Source: an uncultured Chloroflexia bacterium
GTDB taxonomy: Bacteria; Chloroflexota; Anaerolineae; Anaerolineales; UBA4823
Length of the DNA stretch: 64,000 nucleotides
Direction: 5' to 3'
Assembly: GCA_963746255.1 (NCBI GenBank)
Contig: CAVVAJ010000006.1
Location: 7,922-71,921, forward strand
Part shown: positions 29,670 to 38,900 of the stretch, piece by piece
Numbering within the stretch: position 1 is the stretch's first letter
How the letters are laid out: each line of letters starts with the position of its first letter
Notes under the pieces: model-generated
What the model was told of the DNA's origin: nothing
The model's input: the letters and a program-made list of their open reading frames with translations, nothing else
Database searches by the model: none
Translations under genes and position numbers: made by a program

Positions 29670-30596
29670 GTGGAAAAAAAGCAACATCGCAAACCCTTTC
29701 CTGTTTACATTCTGGTTTTCCTGACTCCAGCAGTAATTATATATACGCTCTTTATGGTTTACCCGCTTCTTGACTCGTTACGCCTCAGTTTTTTTACTCT
29801 TAACGAACAGAATCAAGAGATATTCGTCGGAATCCAGAATTACATCACACTATTTACAGATTCAAACTACGCGCCCCGTTTTTGGGGAGCGCTTAAAAAT
29901 AATCTTGTATTTTTCGCCATTCACATGGTGGTTCAGAATTCAATCGCTTTGCTGTTGGCTGCGTTGTTATCTTCAGGTATCAGGGGAAGCAACGTTTACC
30001 GTTCGGTGCTTTTTATGCCTACAGTTCTGTCAGTCGTTATTATTGGTTTTATTTGGCAGTTGATTTTAAATCCCCTCTGGGGGGTTTCTGAGAGCATCTT
30101 GCAAGCTGTGAATTTAGAATCTCTTTTCAAGCCCTGGCTGGGTTTACCAGAAACTGCCTTGATAACCATATCGCTGATTTCCGTGTGGCAGTTTGTTGGA
30201 ATTCCAATGATCTTATTCTTCGCAGCCCTGATAGGAATCCCAGATGAACTAATGGAAGCTGCTCGGGTAGATGGTGCCTCCGGCTGGCAGACCTTCTGGC
30301 GAATTAAGTTCCCCCTCATTCTGCCATCGGTCGGTATCGTCGCCATTCTAACTTTCGTTGGCAATTTCAACGCTTTCGACCTGATATATACAATGAAAGG
30401 TGCTAACGCAGGCCCGGATTTCTCCACCGACATCATGGGCACTTTGTTTTACCGTACCTTCTTCGGCCAACAACTACAGTTAGGCAATTCGACAATGGGT
30501 GCAACGGTTGCTGCAATGATGTTCCTAATTATCCTGTCGGGTGTGCTGATCTACATGTTCTTATGGCAACGGCGTATTCAAACAGTAGAAATGTGA
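29670..30596 (+). CDS. Carbohydrate ABC transporter permease (MalF/UgpA-like)
   Basis: It has multiple TM segments and the EAA loop ..EAARVDGASGWQTFWRIKFPL... GTG start. Confidence 0.85.
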   Translation: MEKKQHRKPFPVYILVFLTPAVIIYTLFMVYPLLDSLRLSFFTLNEQNQEIFVGIQNYITLFTDSNYAPRFWGALKNNLVFFAIHMVVQNSIALLLAALLSSGIRGSNVYRSVLFMPTVLSVVIIGFIWQLILNPLWGVSESILQAVNLESLFKPWLGLPETALITISLISVWQFVGIPMILFFAALIGIPDELMEAARVDGASGWQTFWRIKFPLILPSVGIVAILTFVGNFNAFDLIYTMKGANAGPDFSTDIMGTLFYRTFFGQQLQLGNSTMGATVAAMMFLIILSGVLIYMFLWQRRIQTVEM

Positions 30597-30605
30597 GAAT
30601 GAGTT

Positions 30606-31484
30606 ATGATAACTGCAGCTAAGGACCACAGAACAAGAGGCATGCCTTTTCAATATCGAATCCGGAGATTTATTGGAAGGTTAATACCACACCTACTTCT
30701 ATTAAGTTATTTGGCAATTGTACTTTTCCCGATATTCTTGATCATCATCAATTCGTTCAAAAGCCGTAAAGCAATCTTTGGAATGCCATTTCAGCTACCA
30801 ACCCCTGAAACCTTCAGCCTGATTGGTTATGAAACGGTCATTTTTCGGTCGACTTTTCATATCTACTTCATGAACAGTATCATCGTCACTGTCGTTGCCC
30901 TGATATTTACATTGTTGATCGGCGCTATGGCTGCCTTTGCTTTGGCGGAATATCCCTTTCCTGGAAATGCCTTGCTGGGTCTCTACCTGGCTATTGGGAT
31001 CATGATCCCGATTCGCCTGGGTACGGTGGGAATATTAAAACTAATGGTGAATTTCAGCTTGGTTAATACGTTAATTGGATTGATCTTGATCTATATTGCC
31101 CAAGCGTTGCCCCTGACAATATTTATATTGTCTCAATTTTTCCGTCAGGTGCCAAAAGAATTAAAAGATGCTGCCCGAATTGACGGAGCCAGTGAATATC
31201 GCATTTTCTTCCTCGTAGTTCCGCTGGTGCGACCAGCAATAGGGGCGATTGGCATCTTTACCATGATCCCTATCTGGAATGACCTGTGGTTCCCCTTGGT
31301 CGTTGCACCCAGCGCTAAAACCGCGACAGTGACCCTGGGTGTCCAGCAGTTCCTGGGTCAATTTGTCAGTGATTGGAACGCCGTACTCTCTTCTTTGACA
31401 CTTGCGATGGTACCGATCCTCATAATATATCTAATTTTCTCCAGGCAGCTAATCCGCAGTATCACTGCAGGTGCTCTCAAGTAA
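30606..31484 (+). CDS. Carbohydrate ABC transporter permease (MalG/UgpE-like)
   Basis: EAA loop ..DAARIDGASEYRIFFLVVPLVRP... 292 aa, multi-TM. Confidence 0.85.
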   Translation: MITAAKDHRTRGMPFQYRIRRFIGRLIPHLLLLSYLAIVLFPIFLIIINSFKSRKAIFGMPFQLPTPETFSLIGYETVIFRSTFHIYFMNSIIVTVVALIFTLLIGAMAAFALAEYPFPGNALLGLYLAIGIMIPIRLGTVGILKLMVNFSLVNTLIGLILIYIAQALPLTIFILSQFFRQVPKELKDAARIDGASEYRIFFLVVPLVRPAIGAIGIFTMIPIWNDLWFPLVVAPSAKTATVTLGVQQFLGQFVSDWNAVLSSLTLAMVPILIIYLIFSRQLIRSITAGALK

Positions 31485-31544
31485 GGGAATGCGGTGAAAA
31501 ATACTACTCACTAGACCATCTCAAGTAATTTGAGGAAAAAATAA

Positions 31545-32555
31545 ATGAAAATTGGATTAGCCGGTGTGGGATTCATGGGGATTACCCACGCAGAAGCCTG
31601 GTTACAAACAGGTGCCCAAATTGAGGGTATGGTAGCTGAAACCTTGCAAGAGGCGCAACCTCTCGCTGATCAATACGGAGCGAATGTCTACTCGGACTTT
31701 ACCAGCATGCTCCCGGACATCAACGTAGTTGATATCTGCACTCCAACGCACCTGCATTATGAGATGGTGATGGCTGCCGCTGCTGAGGGAGTGGATATAA
31801 TTTGCGAAAAACCATTAGCCAGGACGGTCGATCAGGCTGCCGAGATGGTAGTCGCCTGCCGGGAAGCTGGTGTTCACCTTCTGGTGGCTCACGTGGTTCG
31901 TTTCTTTCCGGAGTACGCGCTAGCAAAAGATGCGGTTGCAAGAGGACAGATCGGTCATCCAGGCGTGGTTCGCCTTTCACGAGGCAGCTACCGCCCTATG
32001 AAACAGGTCGGAAACTGGTTCCTGGATGATGAAAAATCTGGCGGTATATTGATGGACCTGATGATCCATGATTTCGATTACGCCCGTTGGATCGCTGGGG
32101 AAGTGGAAAGCGTGTTTGCTAGAAAAGTTAGCTCGAGCCATCCGGGTGCCCCAATCGATTACGGGCTGGCTATCCTGAAACACAAAAGTGGAACACTTTC
32201 TCACATTGCCGGCGCATGGGCTTATCCACCGCCCACATTCCGCACGCATATCGAGATTGCTGGAGATAAGGGGTTGATCGAGTTCGACTCAGACGCCACA
32301 GCGCCCATCAAGAACTTAATACGTAGAAATGGTCAATTCGATTCTCCGGATGTTGCCCTGCCATCCAGCCCAGTCAGCGAAAGCCCGTACACCACGCAGA
32401 TAAAAGAATTTTACGCTACTTTGCTTAAGGAATATCCAGCACGCGTCTCTGCAGTGGACGGCCTGGCTGCTGTGCAAATCGCCGAAGCTGCCATCCAATC
32501 TGCCGCTTCTGGTCAGGCGATTTTCTTAGAGACTCTGGCGGAGTTGCAGTCATGA
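31545..32555 (+). CDS. Gfo/Idh/MocA family oxidoreductase
   Basis: N-terminal Rossmann motif MKIGLAGVGFMG and ..ICEKPLA... Confidence 0.85.
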   Translation: MKIGLAGVGFMGITHAEAWLQTGAQIEGMVAETLQEAQPLADQYGANVYSDFTSMLPDINVVDICTPTHLHYEMVMAAAAEGVDIICEKPLARTVDQAAEMVVACREAGVHLLVAHVVRFFPEYALAKDAVARGQIGHPGVVRLSRGSYRPMKQVGNWFLDDEKSGGILMDLMIHDFDYARWIAGEVESVFARKVSSSHPGAPIDYGLAILKHKSGTLSHIAGAWAYPPPTFRTHIEIAGDKGLIEFDSDATAPIKNLIRRNGQFDSPDVALPSSPVSESPYTTQIKEFYATLLKEYPARVSAVDGLAAVQIAEAAIQSAASGQAIFLETLAELQS

Positions 32556-33550
32556 AAATTGGTATTATGAGCTTCGCCCACCACCATGCCGATGCTTACA
32601 TCCAGAACCTGTCCACGATCCCACAGGTAGACCTGATTGGCGTAGCCGATGAAGAAGCGCAGCGTGGAGAGCGTATCGCGCACCAGCATGCAATACCCTT
32701 TTTCCACTCCTATGATGACTTGTTGGCAGCCAAACCTGATGGTGTGATCATCTGTTCGGAAAATAGCAAGCACCGCTATATGGTAGAGTTGGCGGCTGAT
32801 GCTGGTGTAAATGTGCTTTGTGAGAAGCCGCTCGCTACAACCGTGGAGGATGCTCGAGCGATCGTTAGCACTTGCGAGAAGGCTGATGTTGTACTCATGA
32901 CCGCTTTCCCAATGCGATTCAGCACGCCTTTAATAGAGGTGAAGGCACGTCTGGACGCTGGTGATTTTGGTCAGATCTTCTGCTTCAACGCCACCAACCA
33001 GGGCCAGTTACCTGTGGTCTATCGTGAATGGTTCGTGGACAAAACCCTGGCGGGAGGTGGCGCATTGATGGACCACACTGTTCACCTTGTGGACATTATG
33101 CGCTGGTATTTAGGTGAAGAGGTTAGCGAAGTTTATGCGCAAACCAACCACATTTTACATGCGCATGAGGTGCAAGTGGAGACAGGTGGTCTGGAGATGA
33201 TCACTTTTGAAAGCGGGATATTCGCCACCATCGATGCCAGTTGGAGCCGTCCCTCCTATTGGCCATCCTGGGGAGGACTTACATTTGAGATGGTCACAGA
33301 ACGGGGCGCGATCTTGGTGGATGCATTCCGCCAGAACCTGATCATATACCGCCATGAATGGGGGCGCGCCGGTTGGGCATATTGGGGATCAGATGCTAAC
33401 CAGGCCATGGTTAACGAATTTGTGGTTGCCATCCGAGAGAAGCGCCAGCCGTTCGTAACTGGCTACGATGGTTTAAAAGCCATTGAAGCGGTCGAAGCAG
33501 CCTATATATCCGCGGAGCGTGGACAGCCCATCAGATTACCCCTTAATTAA
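32552..33550 (+). CDS. Gfo/Idh/MocA family oxidoreductase
   Basis: MKIGIMSFAHHHA... and LCEKPLA. It overlaps the previous stop by 4 nt (ATGA). Confidence 0.8.
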   Translation: MKIGIMSFAHHHADAYIQNLSTIPQVDLIGVADEEAQRGERIAHQHAIPFFHSYDDLLAAKPDGVIICSENSKHRYMVELAADAGVNVLCEKPLATTVEDARAIVSTCEKADVVLMTAFPMRFSTPLIEVKARLDAGDFGQIFCFNATNQGQLPVVYREWFVDKTLAGGGALMDHTVHLVDIMRWYLGEEVSEVYAQTNHILHAHEVQVETGGLEMITFESGIFATIDASWSRPSYWPSWGGLTFEMVTERGAILVDAFRQNLIIYRHEWGRAGWAYWGSDANQAMVNEFVVAIREKRQPFVTGYDGLKAIEAVEAAYISAERGQPIRLPLN

Positions 33551-33599
33551 GATGTACATTGAACAAGGTATTTTCACTAAAGCCGTTTTCAGAGCGCTA

Positions 33600-33885
33600 G
33601 TGACGTACGGTCACTACATTGCTAGCCTAGCTAATCGCTGGCGCCGTTACATTACTTGGCTACATAGCCGGACTTTTCCTATCTCTGCAGATCAAGCCTT
33701 CACGATCTCCATCCTGCTTTCCGTTATCACCCTTTTCTACGTGGGTGCTGCTAAGGTCTTCGTCACCCACAAGAATCCGATCCTCAGTGGTTTGAAAATG
33801 CTGCAGGTTGGTGGATTAGCTGCCGGCGTTGCCTATACAGCAGGGCTTTATTACCCTCTCTGGGATTGGAATTCTAAAGTACAAG
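33600..33885 (+). pseudogene. Remnant of the 3' end of a VIT1/CCC1 transporter gene
   Basis: ..FPISADQAFTISILLSVITLFYVGAAKVFVTHKNPILSGLKMLQVGGLAAGVAYTAGL aligns with the C-terminus of the intact VIT1 gene (FPIAANQAFLVSILLSGIALFGLGAGKVFVTRQNPIRSGLEMLLVGGLAASVAYAVGAL). The nucleotide sequences also align (e.g. GGTTGGTGGATTAGCTGC is shared). The 5' two-thirds of the gene is absent. Confidence 0.8.
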
Positions 33886-33919
33886 TGGTTTTTTCTCTTA
33901 TAATGCAGAATTCTACCTG

Positions 33920-34998
33920 ATGCGCGATAAATTCAGCCGGGTTCTTAGAACTTTCATGGAAACTCTATTCACAACGTCGGGCTTTCCCAAATCAATGGGA
34001 AACCAGGCAAAAAAATCATGGATAAATTCAACGTTAGACTGGCTGCTCGGATCCGGCGAGCCATGGACCCGCTACCGCACGCTTATCGATATCCTGGATC
34101 AACCTGAGGATGATCCGGATGTCCGCCAAGCCCGGCAAGCGATGCTCGCACATCCGCAGGTGTAATGAACTCATTTCTCACGCAAACCGGCGCTTAGAAC
34201 TGCCCATCAAACGCCACAATGATGCCAGCCACCCGATTTACAGCATGGCAACGCTAGCCGATTTCGGTTTACGGCTTGGCGATCCAGGCATGGACGGGAT
34301 CATCACATCTATCACTGGGCACCAATCTGCCGATGGAGGCTACCTGTCAACAGTTTTGATCCCGAAACCATTTGGCGGAAGCGGCGAACCTCAATTATCC
34401 TGGGTCTTATGTGATGCTCCTACCCTTTTATATTCCGTACTCTTATTTTCTCGGCCAGATTATAGTGCGTTCAAAACAGGGCTAAATCAGCTCACCGGCT
34501 TAGTTCAGGAAAACGGCTGGCGCTGTTCAGCGTCACCGGATTTGGGTAAATTCAGAGGACCAGGTCGTCGTGAAGACCCCTGCCCAATTGCTAATGTCTA
34601 TGCGCTTAAAGCGCTTGCGATCGCTCCCGAATATTCGGATACAGCAGCGACAAGGATTGGTACGGAAACTATCCTTCACCATTGGGAGATCCAAAAAGAG
34701 CGTAAATATCTATCTTTTTGGAATGGGTACTGATTTCCACAAAATAAAGTACCCGTTCGTCTGGTACGATATTCTCCATGTCGTGGATGTCCTGAGTCGT
34801 TACCCTTTCCTTTACCACGATGCCCGCTTCTTGGATATGGTGGAGACATTGGTTCACTTGTCGGAGGATTGTGAGCGATACACTGCTGCAGCTATGTATC
34901 GAGCTTGGAAGGGTTGGTCATTTGCCGACAAAAGGAACCCTTCACCCTGGCTGACATTCCTTGTCCACCGTATTAAGAAGCGCGTTAACCTTCTCTAA
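33920..34998 (+). pseudogene. Conserved hypothetical protein (possibly alpha/alpha-toroid, prenyltransferase-like) broken into three frames
   Basis: Three overlapping ORFs sit in successive +1 frames (33920-34165, 34110-34733, 34570-34998). The first junction is repaired by removing 1 nt at about 34160-34166 (..AHPQV|NELISHA..). The second is repaired by removing one copy of a 4-nt tandem duplication TATC TATC at 34707-34714 (..KERKYLFGMGTDF..). The product name is uncertain. Confidence 0.6.
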
Positions 34999-35069
34999 AC
35001 CAACATCGATAAACTAACATATTTATCCAAATACCTGGTGGTGTATAATTCCCCCGCACAGGAGCATGA

Positions 35070-36335
35070 ATGTCATTAAAACTCAGCGAGTATGACCAGG
35101 AGTGTTTAACCGGCGTGCATGGACCGGCAGCCAAATTCGGGATGTCGATTATACAGCGTATGGCGCCGGTATATGGAGCCCATGAATTATTGGATATCAG
35201 CGCCGCACATATCGACAGCTCCATCTATATCGGAGAAGCAGGCCTTGAATTCGCGGAACGTCTCGCCTCAATGGGGGCTGAGGTTGCTGTTCCAACTACC
35301 CTTAATGTCAGTGGTCTAGATGAGCACAGCTGGCAAGAATGGGCTGTTCCGGTAGATTGGGCCGAGAAAGCCCGCCGCCAGATGCTCGCCTATGAGAGCA
35401 TGGGCTGTGTTCCCACGTGGACTTGCACCCCATATCAAGGTCGAATGCGACCCGTCTTCGGCCAACAAATCGCCTGGGGGGAATCAAACGCGATCGCCTT
35501 TGCTAATTCTGTGATCGGTGCCCGCACTGAACGCTACCCTGATTTATTTGATATCTGCTGCGCCATCACCGGGCGTGTCCCGGCATTCGGACTGCACCTG
35601 GATGAAAATCGCGCTGGCGAGCTGCTCGTAAACCTAATTGATATCCCAGATCAGCTGCAATCAAATGACAGTTTTTACCCGGTTCTTGGGCATTTACTCG
35701 GCAAACTTGCTAAAGACCAAGTACCTGTTGTCCAAGGGCTGACACAAAAGCCAAGCGAAGACCAGCTAAAAGCCCTATGCGCAGCGGTCGCTTCATCGGG
35801 TGCTGTTGCCCTATTCCACCTGGTGGGTATCACTCCGGAGGCACCAACCTTGGATGTGGCATTTCAAGGATGCACCCCAAAATCCGAGCACATTATTACC
35901 TTCAATGATCTCGTTAATGCCCGCCGAGAATTATCAACATATAACGATGGGATCATACAGATGGTCGTATTGGGAAGTCCCCATTTTTCGTTGGCAGAGT
36001 TTAATCAACTTGTCCCCCTCTTGAAGGGCAAGCATGCGCATCCCGATGTAAAGTTCTTGGTGACAACCAACCGGCTCATGGCTGGCCTTGCTCAGCAGGC
36101 CGGTTTCCTTGATATAGTGCGTGACTTCGGCGGCCAGATAACAATGGATACTTGTATCCTCGCAACACCGATGCTGCCCGCAGATATCAAACTTTTAATG
36201 ACCAACTCAGCAAAATATGCGTATTATGCACCAGGGCTGCTGGACGCTCAAATTACATTCGGCAGCTTGGAAGATTGTATAAATTCTGCGGAAAATGGTA
36301 AAGTGATCCGGGATGATTCGTTATGGCAGATATAA
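35070..36335 (+). CDS. Aconitase X catalytic subunit (DUF521, AcnX large subunit)
   Basis: 421 aa. The N-terminus ..L.G..G.A....M.I...MA...GA..L.DI..AHID.. matches DUF521 character, and the gene overlaps a DUF126-type partner. Confidence 0.75.
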   Translation: MSLKLSEYDQECLTGVHGPAAKFGMSIIQRMAPVYGAHELLDISAAHIDSSIYIGEAGLEFAERLASMGAEVAVPTTLNVSGLDEHSWQEWAVPVDWAEKARRQMLAYESMGCVPTWTCTPYQGRMRPVFGQQIAWGESNAIAFANSVIGARTERYPDLFDICCAITGRVPAFGLHLDENRAGELLVNLIDIPDQLQSNDSFYPVLGHLLGKLAKDQVPVVQGLTQKPSEDQLKALCAAVASSGAVALFHLVGITPEAPTLDVAFQGCTPKSEHIITFNDLVNARRELSTYNDGIIQMVVLGSPHFSLAEFNQLVPLLKGKHAHPDVKFLVTTNRLMAGLAQQAGFLDIVRDFGGQITMDTCILATPMLPADIKLLMTNSAKYAYYAPGLLDAQITFGSLEDCINSAENGKVIRDDSLWQI

Positions 36336-36739
36336 TTCAAGCTCATATCGTCATCCCAGGGGATGTAAAAGCAGAGGTAATCGCTGCTGAAGAACCTTTG
36401 TCCTTCTGGGGGGGCTACAACCAGGCTACCGGAGAAATCATTGACCGCCGCCACTCATTATCAGGTCAAAATGCTGCCGGACGCATCCTTGCAGTCCCTT
36501 TTACCCGCGGCTCGTCAACAACAACTGCTGTATTATTAGAGGCCGTCCGGGCGAAAACAGCCCCCGCAGCCATCATAACCAGCACTCCGGATTCATTTTT
36601 TGCATTGGCTTCCATTATCGCAGACGAACTGTACCAATCACCAATCCCGCTGCTGGTAATTGGTCAAGAAGATTTGTTTAGTTTACAAACTGGCGACAGG
36701 TTACACATTACCCCTGACGGCCAAATTATTCGCGAATAA
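36323..36739 (+). CDS. Aconitase X swivel-domain subunit (DUF126, AcnX small subunit)
   Basis: 138 aa. ..EPLSFWGG....G.I.D..H.L.G....G.IL..P..RGSS... It overlaps the large subunit by 13 nt. Confidence 0.75.
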   Translation: MADIIQAHIVIPGDVKAEVIAAEEPLSFWGGYNQATGEIIDRRHSLSGQNAAGRILAVPFTRGSSTTTAVLLEAVRAKTAPAAIITSTPDSFFALASIIADELYQSPIPLLVIGQEDLFSLQTGDRLHITPDGQIIRE

Positions 36740-36759
36740 CATATTAATAGTCTCTATCG

Positions 36760-37656
36760 ATGCCCCACACACATTCCCACCCACATGATACCGTTAGCAA
36801 GATCCGCACTGCATTTCTGCTCAACCTTTTTTTTACCGTTATAGAAATCATCGGCGGATTGCTGACAAACAGCGTCGCCATACTATCCGATGCAATTCAT
36901 GACTTAGGAGATAGTTTATCACTCGGACTAGCCTGGTATCTCGAACGCTATGCGAATAAATCCCAAGACAGAAAGTATTCGTACGGCTACCGCCGGTTTT
37001 CGCTGCTGGCAGCTCTCATCAACACCTTGATTTTAATCATTGGATCGTTGTTCGTCCTATCCAAGGCAGTTCCACGCCTGTTAAATCCGGAAATGCCGGA
37101 TGCTAAAGGGATGATATTTTTTGCTTGCGTCGGAATTTTGGTTAACGGTCTAGCAGTATACCGTTTGCGCGGCTCGCAATCGCTCAACACTCGTGTAGTT
37201 ATGTGGCACCTGCTTGAAGACGTTATGGGCTGGGCGGCGGTTTTACTGGTAAGCATCACTCTGCTCTTCTTTGATCTGCCAAGACTCGATCCACTGCTTT
37301 CGATCATCATCACCGGCTATGTGCTGTTTAATGTCATCCGCAATTTACGGAAGACACTCGCACTTTTCCTGCAAGCAGTACCAGATCACATTGATGTGGA
37401 GGCGATCGAAATCCGTTTGCAGAAAATTGATAATGTCTGCTCCACGCACCACACACACGTCTGGTCCCTGGATGGAGAACACCATGTATTAACTACGCAC
37501 ATCGTTGTCGAAGATAACACGGATCGTGAGCAAATTTTATGCATCAAGCAGGAGGTGAAAGAGCTAAGCAATGAGCTTGACTTGATGCATACTACGATTG
37601 AATTCGAATACGGTGACGAGGTGTGCCGGATGGCACCCGATTACTCCATCAATTAA
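36760..37656 (+). CDS. Cation diffusion facilitator (CDF) family metal efflux transporter
   Basis: His-rich N-terminus (HTHSHPHD), TM motif ..SVAILSDAIHDLGD.., ..HLLEDV.., and a cytoplasmic C-terminal domain. Confidence 0.85.
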   Translation: MPHTHSHPHDTVSKIRTAFLLNLFFTVIEIIGGLLTNSVAILSDAIHDLGDSLSLGLAWYLERYANKSQDRKYSYGYRRFSLLAALINTLILIIGSLFVLSKAVPRLLNPEMPDAKGMIFFACVGILVNGLAVYRLRGSQSLNTRVVMWHLLEDVMGWAAVLLVSITLLFFDLPRLDPLLSIIITGYVLFNVIRNLRKTLALFLQAVPDHIDVEAIEIRLQKIDNVCSTHHTHVWSLDGEHHVLTTHIVVEDNTDREQILCIKQEVKELSNELDLMHTTIEFEYGDEVCRMAPDYSIN

Positions 37657-37685
37657 TTATCATTGATGATAGAAAGAATGTTTTC

Positions 37686-38240
37686 ATGACCAACAATTTT
37701 GGCCCAGCCGCGCCGAACGAAAATATTGCCTTCGGTGCATCCATGCCTGGTTTATTCCACCCATCCCCTATCCCAGATGAGATTGTCACCATCTGGATGC
37801 AGGATATGCGTAAGCATGGTATCCAACGCGTATGCTGTCTATTACCATCCGAGCAACTGGCGAACTACCAATCAAACTTGCTTAATCAATTTGCTGATTT
37901 CTTCGGTGCAGCCAATGTCTGCTATGCTCCAATACCGGATTTCCACCTCAGTGACCCACGAACCTTACTAAAAGTCATCCTGCCTTTCCTAGAATCTTCC
38001 GATCGAAACGGCAGCCCGACCGTCGTTCATTGTGCTGGTGGCGTTGGTCGTACCGGGCACATACTGGCAGCTTGGTTGGTGTACGGACGTAAGTATACAC
38101 CCCTCAATGCGCTCACGTCGGTAACCAGCACTGCTGCGACTCGCAACCCATATGAAGCAATACACTTCGGAAATGCGACCCTCGAACAATTAAAAACCCT
38201 GCTGGATGCGGCCGCGAAAATATCGTTAGATTCGTCTTGA
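37686..38240 (+). CDS. Cys-based protein tyrosine / dual-specificity phosphatase
   Basis: The P-loop VHCAGGVGRTGH matches the HCx5R motif. ATG 37686 is preferred over the upstream alternative start, which overlaps the CDF gene. Confidence 0.75.
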   Translation: MTNNFGPAAPNENIAFGASMPGLFHPSPIPDEIVTIWMQDMRKHGIQRVCCLLPSEQLANYQSNLLNQFADFFGAANVCYAPIPDFHLSDPRTLLKVILPFLESSDRNGSPTVVHCAGGVGRTGHILAAWLVYGRKYTPLNALTSVTSTAATRNPYEAIHFGNATLEQLKTLLDAAAKISLDSS

Positions 38241-38299
38241 CATTAATCGTGTATTTCGATATACTTCTAATTAGTATTTTCTCTAATTAGAAGCGCGAA

Positions 38300-38878
38300 A
38301 TGGACGAAACACATCTTGAAACCCTACTCAATTTTTTTAAAGTTCTAGCGAATGAAAACCGCTTGAAGATACTAGGCATCCTGTCAACGCGTGAATGCTC
38401 AGTAGAGGAACTTGCTGTCCTATTATCTGTCAAAGAACCGACTATCTCACATCACTTAAATCATCTAAAATCTCTAAACTTGGTTGATATGAGGGTCATC
38501 GGTAATGACCACCTCTACCGGCTAAACGCAAAAGTGCTCCAATCGATGACTAAAGAAGTATTCGTAGAGGAGAAGCTTCCTTCATTGGCGGAAGATGTAG
38601 ATTACTCCGCCTATGAGAGGAAAGTCTTCTCTACTTTCCTAGACGGAGAACAGATCAAAGCGATACCAAGTGGATACAAAAAACGTTTGGTGATCTATAA
38701 ATGGCTGGCCGATAAATTTGAGTACGACAAGCAGTATCAAGAAGTAGAAGTAAATACTATCATCTCCCAGTATCACCCAGACTATGCAAGTTTTCGGCGC
38801 GATCTAGTGGATCTAGGATTCATCGCACGCAAACGGGGGGTATATTGGCGAACCGAATGGCAAAATCCCCGGTTATAA
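38300..38878 (+). CDS. ArsR family transcriptional regulator with C-terminal DUF2087-like domain
   Basis: ..FKVLANENRLKILGIL....SVEELA..L.....TISHHL..LK..NLV.. is an ArsR HTH. A ~90-aa extension follows. Confidence 0.75.
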   Translation: MDETHLETLLNFFKVLANENRLKILGILSTRECSVEELAVLLSVKEPTISHHLNHLKSLNLVDMRVIGNDHLYRLNAKVLQSMTKEVFVEEKLPSLAEDVDYSAYERKVFSTFLDGEQIKAIPSGYKKRLVIYKWLADKFEYDKQYQEVEVNTIISQYHPDYASFRRDLVDLGFIARKRGVYWRTEWQNPRL

Positions 38879-38900
38879 TCTTTACCATCTATTACGCCGC

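Noticed and set aside
33483-33920. The 145-aa ORF called by the six-frame track, taken as a real gene.
   Set aside because: Its first third overlaps the end of the Gfo/Idh/MocA gene in another frame. Its only protein-like part is the relic of the VIT1 C-terminus. It is better described as a pseudogene fragment.
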